NCBI GenBank assembly: GCA_022705575.1
Contig: JAKJED010000001.1
Span: 1 to 51,389, forward strand
Length of the DNA stretch: 51,389 bases
Reading direction: 5' to 3'
From: Patescibacteria group bacterium
GTDB lineage: Bacteria; Patescibacteriota; Minisyncoccia; RBG-13-40-8-A
Numbering within the stretch: position 1 is the first letter of the stretch; every line of letters begins with the position of its first letter. Under the pieces are notes generated by a model, which was not told the DNA's origin, made no database searches, and saw only the letters and a list, made by a program, of their open reading frames with translations. Position numbers and translations under genes: made by a program. Below, piece by piece: positions 44,531 to 51,389 of this stretch.

Positions 44531-46975
44531 ATGACAATAGCGCAATTTATTTATATCATTAGTGGTTTAGCGGTTTTTTTGGTATTGGGATTGATATTTG
44601 TTTTAATTATAGAAAAAAAACGCAGAGGAGGGTTGATTGTCAGAGCCTTGAATATGACTTTGTTTTCGGTTAGAATTCCGAAAGAGACAAAAGAAGATTT
44701 ATCCGGAGAAGAAAAAAAGAATAAAATTGCGGTAATGGAACAGTTTTTATCGGGATTGGGAGCGCTTCATGATAAAGTGAGGAGATATGGACAGCCCTAT
44801 ATTGTTTTAGAAATGGCAGTTCCTTTTTCTGTCTCAGAAATTTCTTTTTATTTGGCGGTGCCAAAAAAATATGAAACATTTTTAGAAAAACAAGTTTATG
44901 GTTTTTATCCGAAGGCAATTGTTCAAAAATCAGAAGATTATAATATTTTTCACCCAACAGGATTTGTGTCCGGCGGTTTTTTGAAGTTGGAAAAACATAA
45001 TGTTTTGCCGATCAAAACTTATCGGGAATTAGAAGTTGATCCGTTGGAAAATATTTCTACAGCGTTAAGTAAGATTATGGAAACCGGAGAGGGCGGAGCA
45101 ATACAAATTGTTTTAAAAACAGCACTTAAAAATTGGAATAAATTCGGACTTTCAATGATCAAAAGAATGAATAAAGGACAGAGTTTTAAAGATGCTTTGA
45201 AAGGTAAAGAAATGAAAAAACCAAAAAAAGACGAACCGCAAATACAACCGCAAATCACTCCTGATGCCCAAGAAACAATAAAGTATTTACAGGCAAAAAC
45301 TTCAAAAACAGGATTAGATGTAAATATCAGAATTTTGTTTTCGTCAACAACCAAAGAACGCGCTGAAGAATTGTTTTCTCATGTAAGCGGCTCTTTTCAT
45401 CAATTTGGCGCGCCAAATTTAAATTCTTTTAAAATAGAAAAATCAAAAAGAAAAGGGTTAAAAAAACTATGTTTTGATTTTTCTTTTCGTTTATTCAATA
45501 AAAAACAAAAAATGGTTTTGAATAGTGAAGAAGTTGCAAGTATTTTTCATTTTCCATTAACCCAATTAAGTTCGCCGAGATTGAAATGGTTGAAAGCCAA
45601 AGAATCGATTCCCCCGACAAATATTCCTAAAGAAGGTATAATTTTAGGAAAAAATATTTTTAGAGGAGAAGAAACTGAAATTAGAATGACTGATAATGAT
45701 AGACGCAGACATTTTTATATTATTGGTCAAACGGGTACTGGAAAAACTACATTAGCCTTAAATATGCTTCAGCAAGATATTTTAGCAGGGAAAGGTGTTT
45801 GTTATTTAGATCCGCATGGTCAGGATGTGGAAACGATTTTAGGCATGATCCCGCCGGAGCGCGCTGAAGACGTGATTTATTTTAATCCCGGAGATATTGA
45901 AAGGCCAATGGGTTTGAATATGCTTGAATATGATCCAAAATTTCCCGAACAAAAAACATTTCTTGCCAATGAAATGATAAATATTTTCAAAAAAGTTTTT
46001 CCTGAATCATTAGAGGCAATGGGTCCGATGTTTCAGCAGTATATGAGGGGCGCAATGTTGTTGGCAATGGATGATGTGGAATCTGGTGCAACGCTTTTGG
46101 AGGTGCCGAAAGTTTTAGCTGATACGTCTTTTAGAAAATATAAACTTTCGAAAACCAACAATGTTGTGGTTAAAGATTTTTGGGAAAAAGAAGCGGAAAA
46201 AGCCGGCGGAGAAGCATCTTTGGCAAATGTTGTTCCCTATATTACTTCTAAAACAAACATTTTTTTAGCCAATGACATTATGCGTCCGATTTTATGTCAG
46301 CAAAAAAGCGCTTTTGATTTTAGAAAAATAATGGACGAGAAAAAAATTTTTTTAGCCAATCTTTCTAAGGGGAGATTGGGAGATTTGAATAGTTATTTAT
46401 TGGGTTTGATTATTGTGGGTAAATTTTTAATGGCGGCTTTTTCTAGAGTTGATACGCCCGAAGAACAAAGGCCCGATTTTTATCTTTATATTGATGAATT
46501 CCAGAATTTTACAACCGATACAATTTCTACGATTTTGGCCGAGGCAAGAAAATATAAATTAAATCTGATTATCGCACATCAGTTTATTGGACAATTAGAA
46601 GAAAAAATTAAAGATGCGGTTTTTGGTAATATTGGAAGCATGGCTGTTTATAGGGTTGGTGCTGAAGATGCAGAATTTTTAGTGAAGCAATTTGAGCCGG
46701 TTTTTAATGCTCAGGACTTATTAAATATTGATAATTTTAATGCTTATTTAAGACTTTTAATTGATAACAAGGTGAGTGTTCCCTTTAATATGAAAGCCAA
46801 TCCAAAACCAAAAATCAATCCAGAAATTGTAGCAAAAATAAAAGAATTATCGCGTTTGGAATATGGCAGAGAAAAATCAATTGTGGAAAAAGAGATTTTT
46901 GAAAGATCAAGAATCTCAAGCAAAATTGCTTCCGCGGGAGCAGATAGCTTACCGGAAGAATTAACATTCAGATAG
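44531..46975 (+). CDS. Fused membrane-domain + HerA/FtsK/VirD4-like ATPase (paralog of 34614-35891 plus 35896-37428)
   Basis: N-terminal TM FIYIISGLAVFLVLGLIFVLII. ATPase motifs RRRHFYIIGQTGTGKT, DPHGQD, FYLYIDEFQNF, LIIAHQ. No zinc-ribbon tail. Confidence 0.8.
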   Translation: MTIAQFIYIISGLAVFLVLGLIFVLIIEKKRRGGLIVRALNMTLFSVRIPKETKEDLSGEEKKNKIAVMEQFLSGLGALHDKVRRYGQPYIVLEMAVPFSVSEISFYLAVPKKYETFLEKQVYGFYPKAIVQKSEDYNIFHPTGFVSGGFLKLEKHNVLPIKTYRELEVDPLENISTALSKIMETGEGGAIQIVLKTALKNWNKFGLSMIKRMNKGQSFKDALKGKEMKKPKKDEPQIQPQITPDAQETIKYLQAKTSKTGLDVNIRILFSSTTKERAEELFSHVSGSFHQFGAPNLNSFKIEKSKRKGLKKLCFDFSFRLFNKKQKMVLNSEEVASIFHFPLTQLSSPRLKWLKAKESIPPTNIPKEGIILGKNIFRGEETEIRMTDNDRRRHFYIIGQTGTGKTTLALNMLQQDILAGKGVCYLDPHGQDVETILGMIPPERAEDVIYFNPGDIERPMGLNMLEYDPKFPEQKTFLANEMINIFKKVFPESLEAMGPMFQQYMRGAMLLAMDDVESGATLLEVPKVLADTSFRKYKLSKTNNVVVKDFWEKEAEKAGGEASLANVVPYITSKTNIFLANDIMRPILCQQKSAFDFRKIMDEKKIFLANLSKGRLGDLNSYLLGLIIVGKFLMAAFSRVDTPEEQRPDFYLYIDEFQNFTTDTISTILAEARKYKLNLIIAHQFIGQLEEKIKDAVFGNIGSMAVYRVGAEDAEFLVKQFEPVFNAQDLLNIDNFNAYLRLLIDNKVSVPFNMKANPKPKINPEIVAKIKELSRLEYGREKSIVEKEIFERSRISSKIASAGADSLPEELTFR

Positions 46976-46982
46976 TAAAATA

Positions 46983-47057
46983 TTATCCGAATGATGCGAA
47001 TATTTATCCGAATCAACGAATATTCGTAGATTCGTATAACAATTTGTAGATTCGAAT
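46983..47057. repeat. Array of CGAAT/ATTCG pentamers and ~20-nt direct repeats upstream of the gtrA-like gene
   Basis: CGAAT at 46988, 46997, 47009, 47017, 47053. ATTCG at 47022, 47030, 47050. TTATCCGAAT x2, GTAGATTCG x2. Palindromes CGAATATTCG (47017-47026) and ATTCGAAT (47050-47057). Confidence 0.5.
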
Positions 47058-47058
47058 A

Positions 47059-47688
47059 ATGCAAATTATGGGAAAAAAAGATTTGATTTCAGTTATAATA
47101 TTAAGCGAGATTATCGCTTTATTTGTGTTTTTTATTTTATTGTCCACCGGTTATGGCGCATGGTCTTTGTTGGTTTTATTTATAATTCTTCCTGGATTAG
47201 GAATGTCGGCATTTTATATTGCTCAGCTTATTGGCAGGAAATTTAAAATTGTTTCTCAATTGGCCAAATATGCGCTTGTGGGGATTGCTAATACCGCGGT
47301 TGATTTTGGGATTTTGAATCTTCTGGCCTGGGTTATAGGAAAATATGAAGGTGGCATTGTTGGCATTTTGAATGTTGTTTCTTTTATAGTTGCAGTTATT
47401 CATAGTTATTTCTGGAATAAATTTTGGACATTTGAAAATAAGAAAAAAGTTAATACCGTAATTCAATTTATTCAGTTTGTCATTGTGAGTATAATTGGAA
47501 TGTTGATTAATACAGTAATTGTTTATGCTATGAGTACTTTAGTCCAGCCAGCGTGCGGATTGGGTCCGAAAGCATGGCTTAATATAGCAAAAGTGATTGC
47601 GACAATTGCATCATTAATATGGAATTTTATTGGATATAAGCTGATTGTGTTTAAAGAAGTAAAGCCTACTCAAGATGAATTAATCTAA
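47059..47688 (+). CDS. gtrA: GtrA-family membrane protein with N-terminal two-helix extension
   Basis: LAKYALVGIANTAVDFGILNLL and SYFWNKFWTF are GtrA hallmarks. Alternative start at ATG 47068. Confidence 0.8.
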   Translation: MQIMGKKDLISVIILSEIIALFVFFILLSTGYGAWSLLVLFIILPGLGMSAFYIAQLIGRKFKIVSQLAKYALVGIANTAVDFGILNLLAWVIGKYEGGIVGILNVVSFIVAVIHSYFWNKFWTFENKKKVNTVIQFIQFVIVSIIGMLINTVIVYAMSTLVQPACGLGPKAWLNIAKVIATIASLIWNFIGYKLIVFKEVKPTQDELI

Positions 47689-47703
47689 GGATTGAAAAAT
47701 TTT

Positions 47704-48801
47704 ATGGAAAATAGTCAAGTAATTTATAGAAAATATAGACCGCAGAGATTTTCCGAAGTTGTGGGACAGGAGCACGTGATTAAAACTTTAATTAGCGCCA
47801 TTAAAAATAGTAAAGTTGCACATGCTTATTTGTTTTCAGGTCCAAGAGGAACGGGCAAAACAACGATTGCTCGTCTTTTAGCAAAGGCAGTAAATTGTAC
47901 AGATACTTCTAGTTATGAACCGTGCAATAAATGTGAATCTTGTACAGAAATTATGGAAAATAGAGCAATGGATTTGATTGAAATTGATGCTGCATCAAAT
48001 CGTGGGATTGACGAGGTTAGGGAGCTGAAAGAAAGAATCAGGTTTGCGCCCACGCATAGTAGGTATAAGGTCTTTGTGATTGATGAAGCGCACCAATTAA
48101 CCAAAGAAGCTTTTAATGCGCTTTTAAAAACACTGGAAGAACCACCGGCGCATGCAATTTTTATCTTGGCAACTACGGAAGCGCATAAAATGCTTCCGAC
48201 CATTTTATCACGTGTACAAAGATTTGATTTTAAAAAACTTTCTTTGACGGATGTGATTAAAAAATTAGAAATGGTTGCAAAAAAAGAGGGGATCAAAATT
48301 AGTGATAAGGCGTTAAGAATTATTGCTTTAAATTCTGAAGGGTTTATGCGTGATGCGGAAAGTATGTTGGGGCAAGTGATTGCGTTCAGTGGCGATAAAG
48401 AAATTACAATTGAAGATATTGAAAATATTTTGGGAATTGTTGATATCAATTTGGCGATTAAGTTTGTAGATTTGCTGGTAAAGAAAAATTCCAGCGAAGC
48501 ATTGTCGTTTATTGATAAATTTGTAAATCAAGGATATGATTTAGTGCAGTTTATTGAATCATTAATAACTTATTCCCGAAAATTGATGTTGGTGAGAGTG
48601 GATAATAATCTTTCAAGATTGGTTAAAGATGAATTGAGTGCGGAGCAATTGAATACTGCGTTAAAGCAGGCGGGAGAATTTTCTTTAGTGGAATTGTCTA
48701 AAATCATTGAAATTTTGCTTCAAACATTATATGATATGAAACGTTCCTCTTTCCCGCAAATAAATATGGAATTAGCAGTAGTGGAGGTGTGTAATAGATA
48801 G
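47704..48801 (+). CDS. dnaX: DNA polymerase III subunit gamma/tau (short form)
   Basis: YRKYRPQRFSEVVGQEHV, GPRGTGKTT, zinc module CNKCESC, VFVIDEAHQL, SRVQRF. ATG 47704 preferred over TTG 47692. Confidence 0.9.
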   Translation: MENSQVIYRKYRPQRFSEVVGQEHVIKTLISAIKNSKVAHAYLFSGPRGTGKTTIARLLAKAVNCTDTSSYEPCNKCESCTEIMENRAMDLIEIDAASNRGIDEVRELKERIRFAPTHSRYKVFVIDEAHQLTKEAFNALLKTLEEPPAHAIFILATTEAHKMLPTILSRVQRFDFKKLSLTDVIKKLEMVAKKEGIKISDKALRIIALNSEGFMRDAESMLGQVIAFSGDKEITIEDIENILGIVDINLAIKFVDLLVKKNSSEALSFIDKFVNQGYDLVQFIESLITYSRKLMLVRVDNNLSRLVKDELSAEQLNTALKQAGEFSLVELSKIIEILLQTLYDMKRSSFPQINMELAVVEVCNR

Positions 48802-48814
48802 TCTATTGTGAATA

Positions 48815-48843
48815 TTGATATTTTTGAACTACGGTTATATAAT
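48815..48843 (+). promoter_or_regulatory. Near-consensus sigma70 promoter TTGATA-17-TATAAT
   Basis: TTGATA at 48815-48820, 17-nt spacer, TATAAT at 48838-48843. An 8-bp inverted repeat GAACTACG/CGTAGTTC (48826-48833 / 48859-48866) brackets the -10 box. Confidence 0.6.
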
Positions 48844-48869
48844 TAAAGTAATGGTAATCGTAGTTCGAT

Positions 48870-49556
48870 ATGTCTAAACAAAAAGAAAAACAAAAAGCAA
48901 TAAAATTAAGAAAACATGGATATTCGTATTCCGAAATTTTAAAGCAAGTTCCAGTGGCCAAATCCACATTATCCCTATGGTTGCAATCTGTAGGTTTGTC
49001 GAAACAGCAAAAACAAAGATTAACTAAAAAGAAACTGGAATCGGCATTAAGAGGCGCAAGACGAAAAAGAGAACAAAAAATTGCTCTTATTAATAAATTA
49101 CATCGTGAAGCAGAAAAAGATATAAAAAAAATTACAAAACGCGAATTATGGTTAATTGGAATTATGCTTTATTGGGCAGAAGGGTCGAAAGAAAAAGATA
49201 CCGCGGCCAATATTCAATTTTCAAATTCGGATCCTGTAATGATAAAATTGTTTTTAAAATGGTTGATAGATATTTGTAATATTGGTTATAATAAAATTAA
49301 TTTTTCAATTTACATCCACGAAAACCACAAACATAGATTGGAAAAGGTTATAAATTATTGGGTCCAAAAAATTGGTCTTTCAAAGAAATTTCTTACAGGG
49401 GTTTATTTTAAAAAAGGGAATCCTAAAACAAAAAGAACAAATGTGGGGAATAATTATTATGGAGTGGTAAGGATCAGAGTTAGAGAAAGTTCTGATTTGA
49501 ATCGTAAAATTGTTGGTTGGGTCCATGGAGTAGCAAAATATTACCGGGTCGTCTAA
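48870..49556 (+). CDS. HTH + LAGLIDADG-like (single-motif) homing-endonuclease-like protein
   Basis: N-terminal HTH RKHGYSYSEILKQVPVAKSTLSLWL. LIGIMLYWAEGSK followed by IQFSNSDPVMIKLFLKWL resembles a LAGLIDADG motif and its following strand/helix. The last 15 nt lie inside tRNA-Gln. Confidence 0.5.
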   Translation: MSKQKEKQKAIKLRKHGYSYSEILKQVPVAKSTLSLWLQSVGLSKQQKQRLTKKKLESALRGARRKREQKIALINKLHREAEKDIKKITKRELWLIGIMLYWAEGSKEKDTAANIQFSNSDPVMIKLFLKWLIDICNIGYNKINFSIYIHENHKHRLEKVINYWVQKIGLSKKFLTGVYFKKGNPKTKRTNVGNNYYGVVRIRVRESSDLNRKIVGWVHGVAKYYRVV

Positions 49557-49612
49557 CGGTAGGACAGGTCCCTTTGAAGGATCTAATTGGGGTTCGAATC
49601 CCTACCCGGTAG
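49542..49612 (+). tRNA. tRNA-Gln (anticodon UUG), no encoded CCA
   Basis: Hand-folded cloverleaf. 7-bp acceptor TACCGGG/CCCGGTA, D-arm GTCT/GGAC with a GG loop, anticodon stem GGTCC/GGATC with loop CTTTGAA, T-arm TGGGG-TTCGAAT-CCCTA. U1:A72 and G73 match bacterial tRNA-Gln. Confidence 0.9.
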
Positions 49613-49619
49613 TCAATTC

Positions 49620-49651
49620 GTAAGTAAATATTTACGTAAATATTTACTTAC
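49620..49651. repeat. Perfect 32-bp palindrome immediately 3' of tRNA-Gln (hairpin/terminator or recombination-site candidate)
   Basis: GTAAGTAAATATTTAC|GTAAATATTTACTTAC: the two 16-nt halves are exact reverse complements with no spacer. Confidence 0.5.
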
Positions 49652-49679
49652 TAAATAAAATAATATAAATTAGGCTTAT

Positions 49680-49847
49680 ATGTCAAAATCACTAAAAATA
49701 TTAATAATAATGACGTTGGTTGTAGTTGTGTTGGGGGTTGTGAGGGTGGTGATTGGGGGACCGGAAGATGCTTGGATTTGCGATAACGGGCAATGGGTAA
49801 AGCACGGCGCTCCGTCCGCCCCAATGCCAAGCGAGGCTTGTAAATAA
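49680..49847 (+). CDS. Small (55 aa) membrane-anchored Cys-containing protein (not in ORF track)
   Basis: MSKSLKILIIMTLVVVVLGVVRVVIGGPEDAWICDNGQWVKHGAPSAPMPSEACK. TM helix plus a two-Cys tail. Stop lies 4 nt before the tspO ATG. Markedly G+C-rich. Confidence 0.45.
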   Translation: MSKSLKILIIMTLVVVVLGVVRVVIGGPEDAWICDNGQWVKHGAPSAPMPSEACK

Positions 49848-49851
49848 TCTT

Positions 49852-50310
49852 ATGACAAAGAAAATATTAAAATTGGTGTTATGTATTGTGATTTGCGAGG
49901 TGATTGGAATTGGCGGGGCGGTTTTTACTGGTCCAGCCGTTGATTCAAGTTGGTATGCTGACCTAATTAAACCATCATTTCAACCTCCAAGCTGTCTTTT
50001 CGGTCCAGTTTGGACAGCTTTGTATGCGTTAATGGGTATTGCCTTGTATTTGATTTGGCAGAATAAATCTTTGGTGAAACTTTTTATTGCGCAGTTATTT
50101 TTCAATTTTTTATGGTCAGTTTTGTTTTTTGGATTAAAAAGTCCGTTTTTCGCATTTTTGGATATTCTGATTTTATGGATTTTGATTTTAGTTTTAACAA
50201 TTAAATTCTTTAAAATTAAAAAACCAGTAGGATATCTCTTTTTGCCGTATTTGCTATGGGTAACTTTTGCCAGTATTCTTAATTTCAGTATTTTTATTTT
50301 AAATTTGTAG
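49852..50310 (+). CDS. tspO: TspO/MBR-family tryptophan-rich sensory protein
   Basis: Five TM helices. WYADLIKPSFQPP, GPVWTALYALMGIALYLIW, FNFLWSVLFF, LPYLLWVTFASILN. Confidence 0.85.
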   Translation: MTKKILKLVLCIVICEVIGIGGAVFTGPAVDSSWYADLIKPSFQPPSCLFGPVWTALYALMGIALYLIWQNKSLVKLFIAQLFFNFLWSVLFFGLKSPFFAFLDILILWILILVLTIKFFKIKKPVGYLFLPYLLWVTFASILNFSIFILNL

Positions 50311-50316
50311 GTAAAT

Positions 50317-50325
50317 TGCTATAAT
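50317..50325 (+). promoter_or_regulatory. Extended -10 promoter element TGcTATAAT
   Basis: TG at 50317-50318 and TATAAT at 50320-50325, 7 nt upstream of the tyrS ATG at 50333. Confidence 0.5.
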
Positions 50326-50332
50326 TAAAACA

Positions 50333-51389
50333 ATGAATATTTTAGACGATTTAAAATTTAGGGGATTGCTGAATCAGTTTACTGATTTAGATGTGTTAAC
50401 CAAGCGGTTGGAAAAGTCGTGTGTTTTATATTGTGGTTTTGATGTAACCGCAGATAGTTTGCAGGTTGGCAATCTTTTAGCGCTTTTAACCTTAAAAAGA
50501 TTTCAATTATTTGGTCATCAGCCAATTGCGCTTTTAGGCAATGGCACAAGTTTAATTGGCGATCCGAGCGGGAAAAAATCAGAAAGAGTTTTAAACACTA
50601 AAGAGACAGTTGCCAAGTGGTCTAAACAAATTGAAAAACAAATAGAAAAAATAGTTGCGATTAACGGCAAGGGCAAAACAAGAGTCGTCGGTAATCTTGA
50701 TTGGCTGGGCAAAATTAAAATGATTGATTTTGTCCGTGATATTGGCAAGCATTTTTCTTTAGGATACATGTTAGACAAAGAATCCGTGCGTTCAAGGTTG
50801 GAAGCGGGCATTTCTTTTACCGAATTCAGCTATATGCTTCTTCAGTCGTATGATTTTTGGAATTTAAATAAAAAATACAATTGCGAACTACAGATTGGCG
50901 GAAGCGACCAATGGGGGAATATTACTGCAGGAATTGATTTTATTAGGAAAGCCGAACAAAAAGAGGTTTATGCTTTGACTATTCCATTAATAACTAAGTC
51001 TGATGGTTCAAAATTTGGTAAGACCGAAACTGGAACAATTTGGTTGGATGCTAAAAAAACCACGCCATACCAATTTTATCAATTTTGGATAAATATTGAT
51101 GATAAAGATATAATTAACTTTCTAAAATATTTTACTTTTCTTTCGCATGAAGAAATTATTAGATTGGAAAACGAAGAAGTTGCAAAAAACCCACAAAATA
51201 GGGTAGCGCAGAAAGTTTTAGCTAAAGAATTAACTAAAATGGTGCACGGAGAAAAAGAATTAAAAAAAGCAGAGGAGATTACCAATGCTTTATTTGGTGG
51301 AGATATTAAAAAATTATCAGAAAAAGATATTGAGAATGTTTTTCAAGATATGTCGTGTTTTGAAACAGAGAAAAAAGAGCCGATAGATA
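50333..51389 (+). CDS. tyrS: Tyrosine--tRNA ligase (3' end outside window)
   Basis: Not in the ORF track because it has no stop in the window. Translation aligns by eye along its length with bacterial TyrRS (LYCGFD.TADSL, IGDPSGKKSER, QIGGSDQWGNITAG, KFGKTE, YQFWIN). Confidence 0.9.
   Translation, partial: MNILDDLKFRGLLNQFTDLDVLTKRLEKSCVLYCGFDVTADSLQVGNLLALLTLKRFQLFGHQPIALLGNGTSLIGDPSGKKSERVLNTKETVAKWSKQIEKQIEKIVAINGKGKTRVVGNLDWLGKIKMIDFVRDIGKHFSLGYMLDKESVRSRLEAGISFTEFSYMLLQSYDFWNLNKKYNCELQIGGSDQWGNITAGIDFIRKAEQKEVYALTIPLITKSDGSKFGKTETGTIWLDAKKTTPYQFYQFWINIDDKDIINFLKYFTFLSHEEIIRLENEEVAKNPQNRVAQKVLAKELTKMVHGEKELKKAEEITNALFGGDIKKLSEKDIENVFQDMSCFETEKKEPID

Noticed and set aside
45019-45354. 111-aa minus-strand ORF (and similar antisense ORFs at 44670-44957 and 46744-47064)
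   Set aside because: Embedded antisense in the fused ATPase gene or spanning the repeat array. No independent support.
46983-47013. TTATCCGAA x2 resembling DnaA boxes (TTATCCACA), suggesting oriC
   Set aside because: Only 6 of 9 positions match the consensus. No dnaA or dnaN is nearby and no obvious AT-rich unwinding element is arranged as in an origin. Cannot be excluded without GC-skew analysis.
47913-48449. 178-aa minus-strand ORF
   Set aside because: Antisense to dnaX, which has unambiguous clamp-loader motifs. No start context and Ser/Ile-rich composition.
49731-49760. G-runs (GGGGG, GGG, GG, GGGGG) as a possible G-quadruplex
   Set aside because: Only three tracts of at least three G. 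The sequence is better explained as Gly/Val codons of the small ORF's TM segment.
1-51389. Alternative genetic code (UGA recoding), CRISPR arrays, transposases, rRNA
   Set aside because: Long ORFs close normally with TAA/TAG/TGA, and TGA is used in ATGA overlaps. Trp is encoded by TGG. I saw no regularly spaced repeat arrays, transposase or integrase motifs, or rRNA-like segments.

Overview
AT-rich, tightly packed bacterial chromosomal segment. Many genes share ATGA stop/start overlaps and almost none has a Shine-Dalgarno sequence. Gene content and style suggest a small-genome CPR/Patescibacteria-like bacterium (inference only; nothing was searched). Standard genetic code. I saw no rRNA, CRISPR array or transposase. 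Layout: (1) 1-23 kb is an envelope glycan / lipid-linked sugar island. It holds two AsnB-like amidotransferases, six class I SAM methyltransferases, two GT4 and two GtrB/DPM1-like GT2 enzymes, two paralogous B12-binding radical SAM enzymes, a WbaP-like phosphoglycosyl transferase, a Wzx-like flippase, a UPF0104 flippase-like protein, an O-antigen-ligase/TPR protein and large GT-C-like membrane proteins. A compositionally foreign DUF218/YdcF-like cassette sits inside it. (2) 23-28 kb encodes secreted or membrane-anchored proteins (esterase with dockerin-like tail, HExxH protein), plus a structured intergenic region with a candidate small RNA complementary to the next gene's leader. (3) secA (with an in-frame relic of a canonical SEC-C tail after its stop), an unknown gene, and secDF. 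(4) Two paralogous modules of an unknown membrane domain plus a HerA/FtsK/VirD4-like ATPase, one split into two genes (34.6-37.4 kb) and one fused (44.5-47.0 kb). This is my best candidate for an undescribed system. (5) A TrpR/YerC-like regulator flanked by two near-identical 32-nt palindromic repeats that each carry an extended -10 box. The second repeat feeds a terminator-containing leader upstream of lysS. (6) Housekeeping genes: lysS, HD hydrolase, serS, FtsQ-like, GT-C, gtrA-like, dnaX, tRNA-Gln, tspO, tyrS. A LAGLIDADG-like ORF ends inside tRNA-Gln. All calls rest on motif recognition by eye; no database search was possible.
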